Below, piece by piece: positions 1 through 9,038 of a stretch of DNA of 12,977 nucleotides. The position numbers and the translations under genes are program-made. Source of the stretch: Octopus sinensis (taxonomy: Eukaryota); contig NW_021826344.1 in assembly GCF_006345805.1 (NCBI RefSeq), forward strand, positions 1-12,977, read 5' to 3'. Within the stretch, counting starts at the first letter, position 1, and each line of letters starts with the position of its first letter. The notes beneath the pieces are model-generated. The model was not told where the DNA came from and did not search any database. It saw only the letters and a program-made list of their open reading frames with translations.

Positions 1-7
1 ATGTAGG

Positions 8-39
<32 letters not shown>

Positions 40-119
40 CATATATACGTACACATATGTATATGTAAATATATATACACACACCACAACACACACACAC
101 ACACACATATATACATACC
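1..119. repeat. (TA)n/(CA)n compound microsatellite
   Basis: Directly visible TA, CATA and CA runs. Confidence 0.95.
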
Positions 120-229
120 ATTGCCATAGTAACGAAGCTAAAGCACTAAGTTTTACCGTTCTATCTCACATCCGCTGTAACAGCAGTGCTTCGAAGGAAC
201 GTGTGTAGCGCGTGATCGTCGCATTGACC

Positions 230-298
230 ATAAAAGAGAGAGTTGAGCAGAGAATCTGCATCAAATTTTGCCAAAAACTTGGCGTTACTTGGTCAGAG
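230..298 (+). mobile_element. Mariner-type transposase N-terminal (HTH) relic
   Basis: Frame 2 translates IKERVEQRICIKFCQKLGVTWSE, matching the EQRxCIKFCxKLG-type N-terminus of mariner transposases. The start codon position reads ATA and a stop follows at 311-313. The element may extend upstream to about 120. Confidence 0.75.
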
Positions 299-321
299 AA
301 GGGTATAGATTAATGAAATGA

Positions 322-830
322 CGACATAGAGGACATCTCTCTCTACAAAACCATCGCAGAACTGATAGCTGCAACTGCAGATCAGGGACAGACTGCCCGC
401 TGCAAGCCCATTGTAGAGAGATTCAACGTCGTATACCAATGCACTGTTCACAATATAGTAAATAACTCCTATAGCTACTACACTGGATCTACCACAAATT
501 TTAAACAAAGATTTTATGCACATTTAAACTCGTTTAAATATAAAGAGAATAGCAATTCCACATCACTAACCAGCCATGTACATCATCTAATAAATGGAAG
601 AATACAATATAGACTTTCTTGGGCTATAATAGACTCTGGTATCCCATATCAGGGCCAACACTCCGTTTGTGGACTCTGCTTAAAAGAAGCCCTCAAAATT
701 TTAACCCATAGCTCATCACAATTGCTTAATAAACTCAACGAAGCCTTCACAACGTGTAAACACAAATTCTTGCGCACTTTTAAATTTTTTCATAAATCTA
801 AATGTAAATTCACCCTCCTCACGAATTACA
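322..830 (+). mobile_element. Penelope-like retroelement C-terminal region: Cys-rich linker plus GIY-YIG endonuclease (near-intact relic, copy 1)
   Basis: Frame 1 (370-414) gives CNCRSGTDCPLQAHC. After a shift in the (AG)n run at 415-421, frame 2 from 425 gives NVVYQCTVHNIVNNSYSYYTGSTTNFKQRFYAHLNSFKYKENSNSTSLTSHVHHLINGRIQYRLSWAIIDSGIPYQGQHSVCGLCLKEALKILTHSSSQLLNKLNEAFTTCKHK. The motif order VVY..YxG..FKxR..H..CxLCxxE..LLN..CxH is characteristic of PLE endonucleases. A SINE follows at about 832. Confidence 0.88.
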
Positions 831-831
831 C

Positions 832-981
832 CCACCGAGATCGACTTTGCCTTTCATCCTTTCGGGGTCGATTAAATAAGTACCAGTTACGCACTGGGGT
901 CGATATAATTGACTTAATCCGTTTGTCTATCCTTGTTTTTCCTCTCTGTGTTTATCCTCTTGTGGGTAGTAAAGAAATAGG
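832..981 (+). mobile_element. SINE family A, 5'-truncated copy
   Basis: Aligns with the 3' two-thirds of 9039-9271 (tcgactttgcctttcatcctttcggggtcgat...ttgtgggtagtaaagaaatag). Confidence 0.9.
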
Positions 982-1258
982 AATAGCCTGTTTGTGAAAT
1001 TAACGTGCAAGTGGCTGAGTACTCCACAGACACGGTCTACCCTAAACGTAGTTCTCAGGAAGTTTCGAGATGACACAGAATGTGACAAGGACCGGTCCCT
1101 TTGAAACACAAGTACGATACATTTTCACCAGCTGAGTGGACCTGAAACGACGTGATATAAAATGTCTTGCACAAGGACAAAACGTGCCGCTCGGGAATCG
1201 AACTCACGACCTGATGGTTTGAGCCGTAATACCTTAACCGCTAAAGCCCTGCGCCTTC
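982..1258 (-). mobile_element. tRNA-derived SINE family D
   Basis: The minus strand begins gaaggcgcagggctttagcggttaagg...gagttcgattcccg (A/B-box-like head), then tccttgtgcaagaca...ccactcagctgg. Its 3' part matches about 8670-8790 of family C. Confidence 0.8.
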
Positions 1259-1359
1259 TCACAACGGGATGCCTGCGTTCTGTTATGTTATATCAATTAT
1301 ACAACAAAACCATTGACAGCAGTATTCTATTGACCAAATACACTGTTCACCGATAATTG

Positions 1360-1376
1360 CCTCTGTCTGTCCGTCC

Positions 1377-1416
<40 letters not shown>

Positions 1417-1586
1417 GACTGTCTGTCTGTCTCTGTCTCTCTTTCTTTCTGCCTTTCCGTCTTTCTGCCTTTCCGTCTGTCTGTCTCTGTCTCTCTTCTC
1501 TGTCTGTCTGTCTGTTTGTCTCTGTCTCTCTTTCTCTGTCTGTCTGTCTTTCTGCCTTTCCGTCTGTCTGTCTCTGTCTCTCTTTC

Positions 1587-1619
<33 letters not shown>

Positions 1620-1822
1620 GTCTCTCTTTCTCTGTCTGTCTGTCTGTTTGTCTCTGTCTCTCTTTCTCTGTCTGTCTGTCTTTCTGCCTTTCCGTCTGTC
1701 TGTCTCTGTCTCTCTTTCTCTGTCTGTCTGTCTGTTTGTCTCTGTCTCTCTTTCTCTGTCTGTCTGTCTTTCTGCCTTTCCGTCTTTCTGCCTTTCCGTC
1801 TGTCTGTCTCTTTCTCTCTTTC

Positions 1823-1867
<45 letters not shown>

Positions 1868-2203
1868 GTCTCTCTTTCTCTGTCTGTCTGTCCGTCTGTC
1901 TGTCTCTGTCTCTCTTTCTCTGTCTGTTTGTCTGTCCGTCTGTCTGTCCGTCCGTCTGTCTCTCTCTGTCTCTCTTTCTCTGTCTGTCTGTCTGTCTGTC
2001 TCGGTCTCTCTTTCTCTGTCTGTCCGTCTGTCTGTCTGTCTTTCTCTGTCTGTCTCTGTCTCTCTTTCTCTGTCTGTCCGTCTGTCTTTCTGTCTTTCCG
2101 TCTGTCTCTGTCTCTCTTTCTCCCTCTGTCTGTCCGTCTGTCTGTCTGTCCGTCTCTGTCTCTCTTTCTCTCTCTTTCCGTCTTTCTCTCCCTCTCTCTC
2201 TCA
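1360..2203. repeat. Compound (TCTG)n/(TC)n microsatellite with higher-order units
   Basis: About 840 bp almost devoid of A. The marker ctttctgcctttccgt recurs near 1461, 1548, 1680 and 1768. Confidence 0.95.
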
Positions 2204-2297
2204 CCATTTCCTCATTGTAAATTCCATTTAACTACAAATACTTGAGAATTAATTCGTCTCAGTCTGTTTTCTTCTCGTTCTTTAACCATCATGCAAT

Positions 2298-2347
2298 CTC
2301 TCTCTCTCTCCCTCTCTCTCTCTCTCTCCCCCTCTATTGCCTCTCTA
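2298..2347. repeat. (TC)n microsatellite
   Basis: Direct. Confidence 0.85.
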
Positions 2348-2457
2348 TCAACTCTCTATTGATCATTAACCGATATCGATTATTCACTAAAACACAAATG
2401 ACATCACATCACATCACATGTCTATTCTTTCTGGGGGGAAGGAAATGGGATTCATAG

Positions 2458-2682
2458 CAAAGGAAGAGAAGAAAAGAGAGAAGAAAAATATAGGAAAGGA
2501 AGAAGAAAAGAGAGAAGCAAGAGTGAAAGGAAGAGAAAAGAAGTAAAAGAAGAAAAAGAAGAAAAAGAAGAAAAAGCAATAGGAAAGGAAGAAGAAAAGA
2601 GAGAAGCAAGAGTAAAAGGAAGAGAAAAGAAGAAAAAGAAGAAAAAGCAAAATGGAAGAAAATAAGGGAGAGAGAAAGAGAG
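2458..2682. repeat. Polypurine (GAA/GAAAAA) tract with an imperfect tandem duplication of about 89 bp
   Basis: ataggaaaggaagaagaaaagagagaagcaagagt occurs at about 2490 and about 2579. Confidence 0.9.
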
Positions 2683-2707
2683 TAAGGGGTGGAACTATTT
2701 TTTTGTT

Positions 2708-2854
2708 CTTTTACTTCTTTCAGTCATTTGACTGCGGCCATGCTGGAGCACCGCTTTTAGTTGAACAAATAGATCTCTGGTCTTATTCTTTGCAAGCCTA
2801 GTACTTATTCTATTGGTCACTATTGCCGAACTGCTAAGTCACGGGGACGTAAAC
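2708..2854 (-). mobile_element. SINE family B, 3' fragment
   Basis: tttcagtcatttgactgcggccatgctggagcaccgc...cggggacgtaaac aligns with 11825-11970. Confidence 0.9.
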
Positions 2855-3197
2855 TCTCATATACGAACTCTCAGCTTCGCATTGCCCCCTCCCCCCAATA
2901 GCCGAGCAGTCATTGTACTCCCTAAATGAGTCACCGGCTTCCCTCTGCGTGTTTTATGGGTGGCCGTGTTGGTACCCAGACCTATCAACCAAAATAATAG
3001 CAGCAACGGCTCATCCGACATCGACGGCGACGGCGGCAGAAACACCAGCGCCGACGCCAACGATCCCAACACCAGCGCTATGGTCGGAGAAGTCGACCAC
3101 GCCAACACCAGCAGCACCACCAGCGGAGCTACCAGCTCCACGCCCTGTATTACCAACGACGGCAGTCACAACACCATCGGCGACAGCAGCAGCAACA

Positions 3198-3683
3198 CCA
3201 AGGACGTGAGGAATCGCTTTTCGATGTCACCTGAAAGAGAACCTGTGTTTGTACAGGCGCTGCTTGAAGGCATTTGCGGTTGACCCGATATATCTCCAAG
3301 CTTGAGTGCCGGTTATATTCACACCTCTGGTGCATCTTCCGTTGGTTCCGGGCCTGGTATTGTTGTTGTTGCCGCTGCTGTTATTGGAACTGTTATCGGT
3401 GCTATTATTTCAGGAAGAACTACCACAACGACTACTGTCACAGCGATATCGCCTGACCCACGCTCTGAAATAACAGAACCGATAACAGTTCCAATAACAG
3501 CAGCGTCAACAACAACAACAACACCAGGCCCGGAACCAACGGAAGATGCACCAGAAGTGTGAATATAACCGGCACTCAAGCTTGGAGATATATCGGGTGA
3601 ACCGCAACTGACTTTAAGCAGCGCCTGTACAAACACAGGTTCTCTTTCAGGTGGCATCGAAAAGCGATTTCTCACGTCCTTGG
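3198..3683. repeat. Long inverted repeat: arms 3198-3413 and 3465-3683, 51-bp spacer
   Basis: Manual alignment gives about 11 substitutions plus one 3-bp (AAC) indel over about 216 bp. Ends are ccaaggacgtgag / ctcacgtccttgg. Confidence 0.97.
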
Positions 3684-4130
3684 CAAGCCACATGCGATGC
3701 CTTAAAGATGATGGAACTCTATACGATATTAAGTGGAAGACCATAGAGCGACCGGGATCCTATATCAACGGGAGCGGACGCTACAAGCTATGCATACCGG
3801 AGCGAGTAAGAATCCTCAAAAACTCCCGGTATCCAGATTTACAATTAAATTCCCGACACGAGATTTATAGCCCATTTTCAAATGCTACTTGCTACAAGCA
3901 TGGGATTCCCCATTCATGGATTAGAATAGGAAAAAATCCTTATGGGCTAGACGCAACCTAAGTGCGGAGGTTCCCCATTTGCCACTTTAGCTTATACGGA
4001 TTGCCATCTGAACTGCTCTAAGGGAGAAAACTCGCCCTCGGTGACCAACAAGATATATTCCTTGTTTACTAGTTAACTGAACGTAACGGATTTCTACTTC
4101 CAGTTTGAAGAAGTATATTCCCTCCGCCAT

Positions 4131-4194
4131 TAGGGTCTGACGAGTCGTCTGTAGGGCTAAGCGCCTTATGGATGCGAAACGAGTGGTCCCTCTA
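4131..4194 (+). ncRNA. Type I hammerhead ribozyme motif (PLE-associated)
   Basis: CUGACGA at 4137-4143. Stem II is 4144-4157/4163-4175 (13 bp including 4 GU, one bulge). GAAA at 4176-4179, minimal stem III, GUC site at 4186-4188. Stem I is 4131-4135/4190-4194 with a U-C mismatch next to the core. Confidence 0.75.
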
Positions 4195-4318
4195 TGACCA
4201 GACATATACGTAAATGATTATAAATACATTACTGCTCTATGCTTTAGAATGTGTTTCTTTTTCGGATATATGTCTTAATATATGGGTCTTAATCTGGACC
4301 TACTGTTACCCAATTTCT

Positions 4319-4549
4319 TATTTCTTTACTGCCCACAAGGGGTTAGACACAGAGGGGACAAACAAGGACAGACAAACGGATTAAGTCGATTACATCGACT
4401 CCAGTGCGTAAGTGGTACTTAATTTATCGACCCCGAAAGGATGAAAAGCAAAGTCGACCTCGGCGGAATTTGAACTCAGAACGTAACGGTAGACGAAATA
4501 CCACTAAGCATTTCGCCCGGCGTGCTAACGTTTCTGCCACCTCACCGCC
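4319..4549 (-). mobile_element. SINE family A, full length, with 13-bp TSD
   Basis: Reverse complement of 9039-9271. Flanked by ttacccaatttct at 4306-4318 and 4550-4562. Confidence 0.93.
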
Positions 4550-4585
4550 TTACCCAATTTCTATTACCCACAATACACTGCTACC

Positions 4586-4930
4586 CAGTGCTGGATTAAC
4601 TATTAAGCAAAATAAGCGCATGCTTTGGACATCAGGGAAAGGTGGAGCACCACAGAAATAGTAAATGGTTTACGGCACCAAAGAAATCACTTTAAACTTG
4701 CTAAAATAATATTCGGGATGCCTTTATCTCTGCAAAGTATAGAAGCAGATGTGTTACGTAAGATTAATTTTGAGGATCTCATCAAAGACTTTACAATTCA
4801 AGAAAGTAGGAGAAAACTTTTAAAACATAAAGTGGAAATATAAATGAACATTATTTTCCATATTACTGTTAGTTTTGTTTCATTTTGAAAAATAAAAAAT
4901 TATTTTATGGTTTATTATTGTTTATATTTT
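4586..4930 (+). mobile_element. Internally deleted hAT (Tip100-like) transposon relic
   Basis: Begins with the TIR-like cagtgctggattaac. About 4724-4822 encodes LSLQSIEADVLRKINFEDLIKDFTIQESRRKLL, resembling the extreme C-terminus of hAT dimerisation domains (LSxLSIE...F..K.R). No second TIR was found. Confidence 0.65.
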
Positions 4931-4944
4931 GAATTACACACACA

Positions 4945-5147
4945 CACCTCGTGTGTACCGTTGGCAATTTTTTTTCCTCTGTCTTCCCTTCTCTGGATCT
5001 TTCCTTCTCCTATGTTTCCGACGAAGAGCTCCGCTCGAAACGTTAAACCCTCCTTCTTTCCTTCCTTCCTGAGCGTCCAATAATACTATATTTGTTCCAC
5101 GTCCTCGCGTTGTTGTGTTTTTTTGTGCTTTCTTGTTTGGATTAACT
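4945..5147 (+). mobile_element. Short hammerhead-bearing repeat (probable PLE terminal fragment)
   Basis: Pyrimidine-rich leader, hammerhead-like core and downstream ttcctgagcgt...taatac, sharing its layout with the minus strand of 9360-9480. Confidence 0.55.
5014..5048 (+). ncRNA. Minimal hammerhead-like motif with U4C core change
   Basis: GUUU CCGACGA A GAGC ucc GCUC GAAA CG UU AAAC. Stem I GUUU/AAAC, stem II GAGC/GCUC, palindromic AACGUU stem III. Confidence 0.55.
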
Positions 5148-5179
5148 TTCATTCACAATGCTTTGGCCGACGCACGATG

Positions 5180-5275
5180 GTTTTATTGACCCGAAGCTAT
5201 TATAGGGAACACTTGCGTACAATGTCATTCAGTAGAATCGAACCCGAAAGCGCAGGATTTCGAAACCAATATCAT
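5180..5275 (-). mobile_element. Highly diverged SINE family B-like head
   Basis: gacccgaagctattatagggaacacttgc...atcgaacccgaaa resembles ggctcgaggctatagtagaagacacttgcc...actgaacccaaaa at 12138-12200. Confidence 0.55.
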
Positions 5276-5453
5276 ACGCTCTCAGGCAGATTTACAGGTG
5301 AACCTTTGAAGATTCAGACCCCATGAGAATTGCATGTATGATAGCGTTTACTAATCTCAGATCATGTGTTCATTCCAGGATTGGACACGTGGGAGACTGT
5401 CTGACCGATTACACGAATAATTCACATCTGTGATATTCCGAGTATCTGCGGAT

Positions 5454-5599
5454 GGTAGTAGCAGCAGTAGTATAGTAGTAGTAGTAGTAGTGGTGTTGGT
5501 GTTGGTGGTGGTGATAGCAGCAAAAGCAGCAGCAGTAGTAGTAGTAGTGGTTGCACAACAGTGGTAGTAGTAGTAGTAGTGGTGGTGGTGGTGGTGGTG

Positions 5600-5653
<54 letters not shown>

Positions 5654-6086
5654 ATAGTATCTACTCCACGATGACGATGACGACTGCCGCCACCACTACC
5701 ATCAGTACCATCATCGCTACCACCAGGAGCACCATTCCACCACCACCTCCACCACCACCACCACCACCACCACCACCATCACCACTAACATCACTCCCGT
5801 CACCGTCACCCAACACCACCAGAACCACCACCATCACTACCGCCACCAGCACCAGCATCATCACCCCTACCACCATCACCACCACCACCACCACCACCAC
5901 CATCAGCACCACCACCAGTACCACTAGCAGCAGCGCCACCACCATCACTACCGTCACCGCCACCACTATCGTTACCACCACCACCACCACCACCACTACT
6001 ACCCCCCCACTACCACATGCACCGCTACCACAAGCACCACCACCACCATCACCACCACCACCGCCACCACCGCCACCATTCATCAT
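5454..6086. repeat. Trinucleotide microsatellite: (TAG/TGG/CAG)n switching to (CAC/CAT/TAC)n at about 5660
   Basis: Direct. It generates the spurious poly-S/G/P/T/H ORFs. Confidence 0.95.
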
Positions 6087-6240
6087 CTAATATATTGGCA
6101 TTATGTCAGCAGCGTCAGTTCTGGAGCGCCGCCAACCATTGTTTATTCGGCAATTTCACGTTTTCCTTAAATGTTTCTGGTTTTGATTTTCTCCTTCGTT
6201 CACACAACATAAACAAATTGGGACAGCCTCTAGGATGGAG

Positions 6241-6255
6241 CACACACACACACAC

Positions 6256-6302
<47 letters not shown>

Positions 6303-7070
6303 CACACACACACGCACACACACACACACACACACACCCACACGCACAACACACACATATGCAATACACTACAACACACACACACACACGCACACACACA
6401 CATATGCAAATACATACACACACACACACACACGCACACACACACATATGCAAATACATACCCACACATACACAAATACATACATACACGCATACACACG
6501 TACACACATACACGCATACATACACGCACATATACATACACGTACACACATACACGCACATACACACACACGCACACACACACACATACACTCACACACA
6601 ATGCAAATACATGCACGCACACACGCATGTACATACACGCATACGCACATACACATACATACACATACACATACAATACACGCACACACACAAGCACACA
6701 TGCATACACGCGCATACATACATGCATACATACACGCACACACGCACATACATAAACGCATAATACACGCATACGCACACATACACCTACACACATACGC
6801 ACACATACACCTACACACACATACACACATGAACACACATACACGCATACATACACACACACATACATGCATACATAAACACACTTGCACGCATTCATCC
6901 ACGCGTTCATGCATGTATTTACACATACCTACACGCACACCCCTCCACATACATACATACATTCATGCATACATACACACATGTACACACACACACACGC
7001 AGGCATACACAAGAAACAGACATACATATATGCATCTATACACACATACACACAAATATGCTTACACACA
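6241..7070. repeat. Degenerate (CA)n/(CATA)n/(CACG)n microsatellite
   Basis: About 830 bp of mostly alternating purine-pyrimidine sequence. Confidence 0.95.
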
Positions 7071-7135
7071 TGGGTCCCCTACCACCGACCGAACCCTGGT
7101 CCGTTTGGTATCGGGCCATACAGAAATAATTTTAA
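7069..7135 (+). mobile_element. Possible hAT/Charlie-type MITE end
   Basis: catgggtcccctacc...ggtccg...cgggccatacag loosely resembles Charlie-type termini (CAGGGGTCCCCAAC...GGTCCG...CGGGCCGCACAG). No partner TIR was seen. Confidence 0.3.
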
Positions 7136-7195
7136 AACTTGGTTCTGTTTTATTGACTGCCGCAGTCTGCCGGGTAGTTCCGCATTATATATATT

Positions 7196-7395
7196 TTTTT
7201 ACTTGTTTCGGTTATTTGACTGCGGCCATGATGGAGCACCGCCTTTAGTCGAAACAAATCCACCCCCAGGACTTATTCTTTTGTAAGCCTTAGTACTTAT
7301 TCTATCGGTCTTCTTTGCTGAACGGCTAAGTTACGGGGAAGTAAACACACCAACATCGGTCGCCAAGCGAGGGGGGACAAACAGACAGACAGACA
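7196..7395 (-). mobile_element. SINE family B, 3' half
   Basis: Aligns with 11825-12020. Confidence 0.9.
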
Positions 7396-7450
7396 CACAC
7401 GCACAACACACCACACACCACACACACACACACGCACACACACACATATT

Positions 7451-7579
7451 CTTTTACTTGTTTCAGTCATTTGACTGCGGCCATGCTGGAGTACCGCCCT
7501 TTTAGTCGCAGAAATCGACCCCCTGGACTTATTCTTTATAAGCCTGGTACTTATTCTATCAGTCTCTTCTGCCGAACCG
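7451..7579 (-). mobile_element. SINE family B, 3' fragment in tandem with the previous copy
   Basis: cttttacttgtttcagtcatttgactgcggccatgctggag...gccgaaccg, separated from the previous copy by (CA)n. Confidence 0.9.
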
Positions 7580-7873
7580 TTATGCATCTACGTGTAGATA
7601 TTTATATATCGTCCCACTTACATTTTTACATTGGTTAGTCCTTAATACTTTGTGTTTTTTTTATGTTTATCTGGTTTGATGGTTCTATTGATATTTGAGA
7701 GTATGAACTAATTTGATGGCAACACTTTGAAACAATTCTGATTTTATATTTAAGGCGCTTGTTGTTTGATGAGGCTGAAGTATTTTTCTGTATTACAGAG
7801 GTTACATAATTTTGAGTAGAGAATGTATTTGTTGTGATGGCAGTATATACAAAATAATATTCTTCATAATTAT

Positions 7874-8073
7874 GGTACAAGGCCAGCAATTTTGTGAGGG
7901 CAAGTCGATTACATCGACCTTAGTACTTGACAATTACTTTATTTTATCGATCCCCAAAGAGTGAAAGGCAAAACTGATCTCAACGGAATTTGGATTCAGA
8001 ACTTAGCGAATCGGAAGCAATACCGTTGGGTATTTTGTCTGACACTCTAAGAATTCTGCTAGCTCACCGCCTT
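7874..8073 (-). mobile_element. SINE family A variant (diverged, different 3' end)
   Basis: aagtcgattacatcgacc...gaaaggcaaa...cggaatttggattcagaac...tctgctagctcaccgcctt aligns with 4383-4551. The distal end differs. Confidence 0.85.
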
Positions 8074-8468
8074 TATAAACAAAGTAACTTTTGAATTATT
8101 AATATTATTGTCATTCAAATGACATTAGGGAAAATAGAATGTCAGTTCCAGTTGAATGGTAATGTTCAAAATTATACATCAGAATGTGTGAAGGCAGCTT
8201 AAAAAACATGTATTTAAAATGTGAAATAGGTCCATCTTTCGGCATATAAACAAAAGAAGCAGCAAAGGTGGACCTATGTTTTAAGTACACATACTAATGT
8301 ATAACTAATGTATAATGTTGCTGACAAGGATAAAAAAAAAGGCGTATGGATAGTATTGACATATTTCAGTTTTTCACTTGATTCCTGTATGGTTTGAATT
8401 TACATGTGCTGTTACCTGAGGTAAAGAATAGGAAGTTAATTGTTGTTATATCAGTATTGATAACGATA

Positions 8469-8848
8469 GGAGGCGCAATGGCCCAGTGGTTAGGGCAGCG
8501 GACTCGCGGTCATAGGATCGCGGTTTCGATTCCCAGACCGGGCGTTGTGAGTGTTTATTGAGCGAAAACACCTAAAGCTCCACGAGGCTCCGGCAGGGGA
8601 TGGTGGTGATCCCTGCTGTATTCTTTCACCACAACTTTCTCTTACTTCCTGTTTCTGTTGTACCTGTATTTCAAAGGGCCGGCCTTGTCACTCTCTGTGT
8701 CACGCTGAATATCCCCGAGAACTACATTAAGGGTACACGTGTCTGTGGAGTGCTCAGCCACTTACACGTTAATTTCACGAGCAGGCTGTTCCGTTGATTC
8801 GGATCAACCGGAACCCTCATCGTCGTAACCGACGGAGTGCTTCCATCC
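8469..8848 (+). mobile_element. tRNA-derived SINE family C, full length, perfect 13-bp TSD
   Basis: A box tggcccagtgg at 8479-8489, B box gtttcgattcc at 8523-8533, short (tcca) tail. attgataacgata occurs at 8456-8468 and 8849-8861. Confidence 0.93.
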
Positions 8849-9038
8849 ATTGATAACGATATTAAGTCGTGTCCAAATTCATTAAACGAGCTGAATAAGT
8901 TTTTCTTATTCTGTCTAGATCGTGTCTATTTATATTGTTAGAAAAAGCTAGTCCGTCATCTCTGTACAAACCTACGGGTCAAGTAATTACTGCTTTGACG
9001 CATCGACTGTACATGAGTAAACGATACTAACCATTTAC

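Larger units (their letters stand above)
2855..4215 (+). mobile_element. Decayed Penelope-like retroelement 3' part (N/S/T-rich linker, GIY-YIG endonuclease, 3' region with hammerhead), copy 2
   Basis: Frame 1 (3538-3651) reads NGRCTRSVNITGTQAWRYIG*TATDFKQRLYKHRFSFR. After a +1 shift near 3652, frame 2 reads GIEKRFLTSLASHMRCLKDDGTLYDIKWKTIERPGSYINGSGRYKLCIPERVRILKNSRYPDLQLNSRHEIYSP, with a stop at 3959-3961. It is colinear with copy 1. A hammerhead motif lies about 170 bp downstream. Outer boundaries and assignment of 2855-3197 are approximate. Confidence 0.8.

Noticed and set aside
1347-2245. ORFs of 169-287 aa (RQTD- and LSVC-rich)
   Set aside because: Translations of the TCTG microsatellite, which lacks stop codons by composition.
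3302-3744. Paired ORFs on opposite strands with similar peptides and hydrophobic stretches (toxin-antitoxin-like or membrane peptide appearance)
   Set aside because: A consequence of the inverted repeat. The meaningful frame is the GIY-YIG one.
4288-4301. ttaatctggacc as partner TIR of the hAT relic at 4586
   Set aside because: It lies upstream in the wrong arrangement and matches only weakly.
5551-7248. Multiple long ORFs (poly-S/G/P/T, HT- and VC-rich)
   Set aside because: Trinucleotide and (CA)n repeat artefacts open in most frames on both strands.
8469-8545. Possible tRNA gene
   Set aside because: The A/B boxes run into a SINE body, and the whole 380-bp unit is bounded by a TSD. No convincing acceptor stem.
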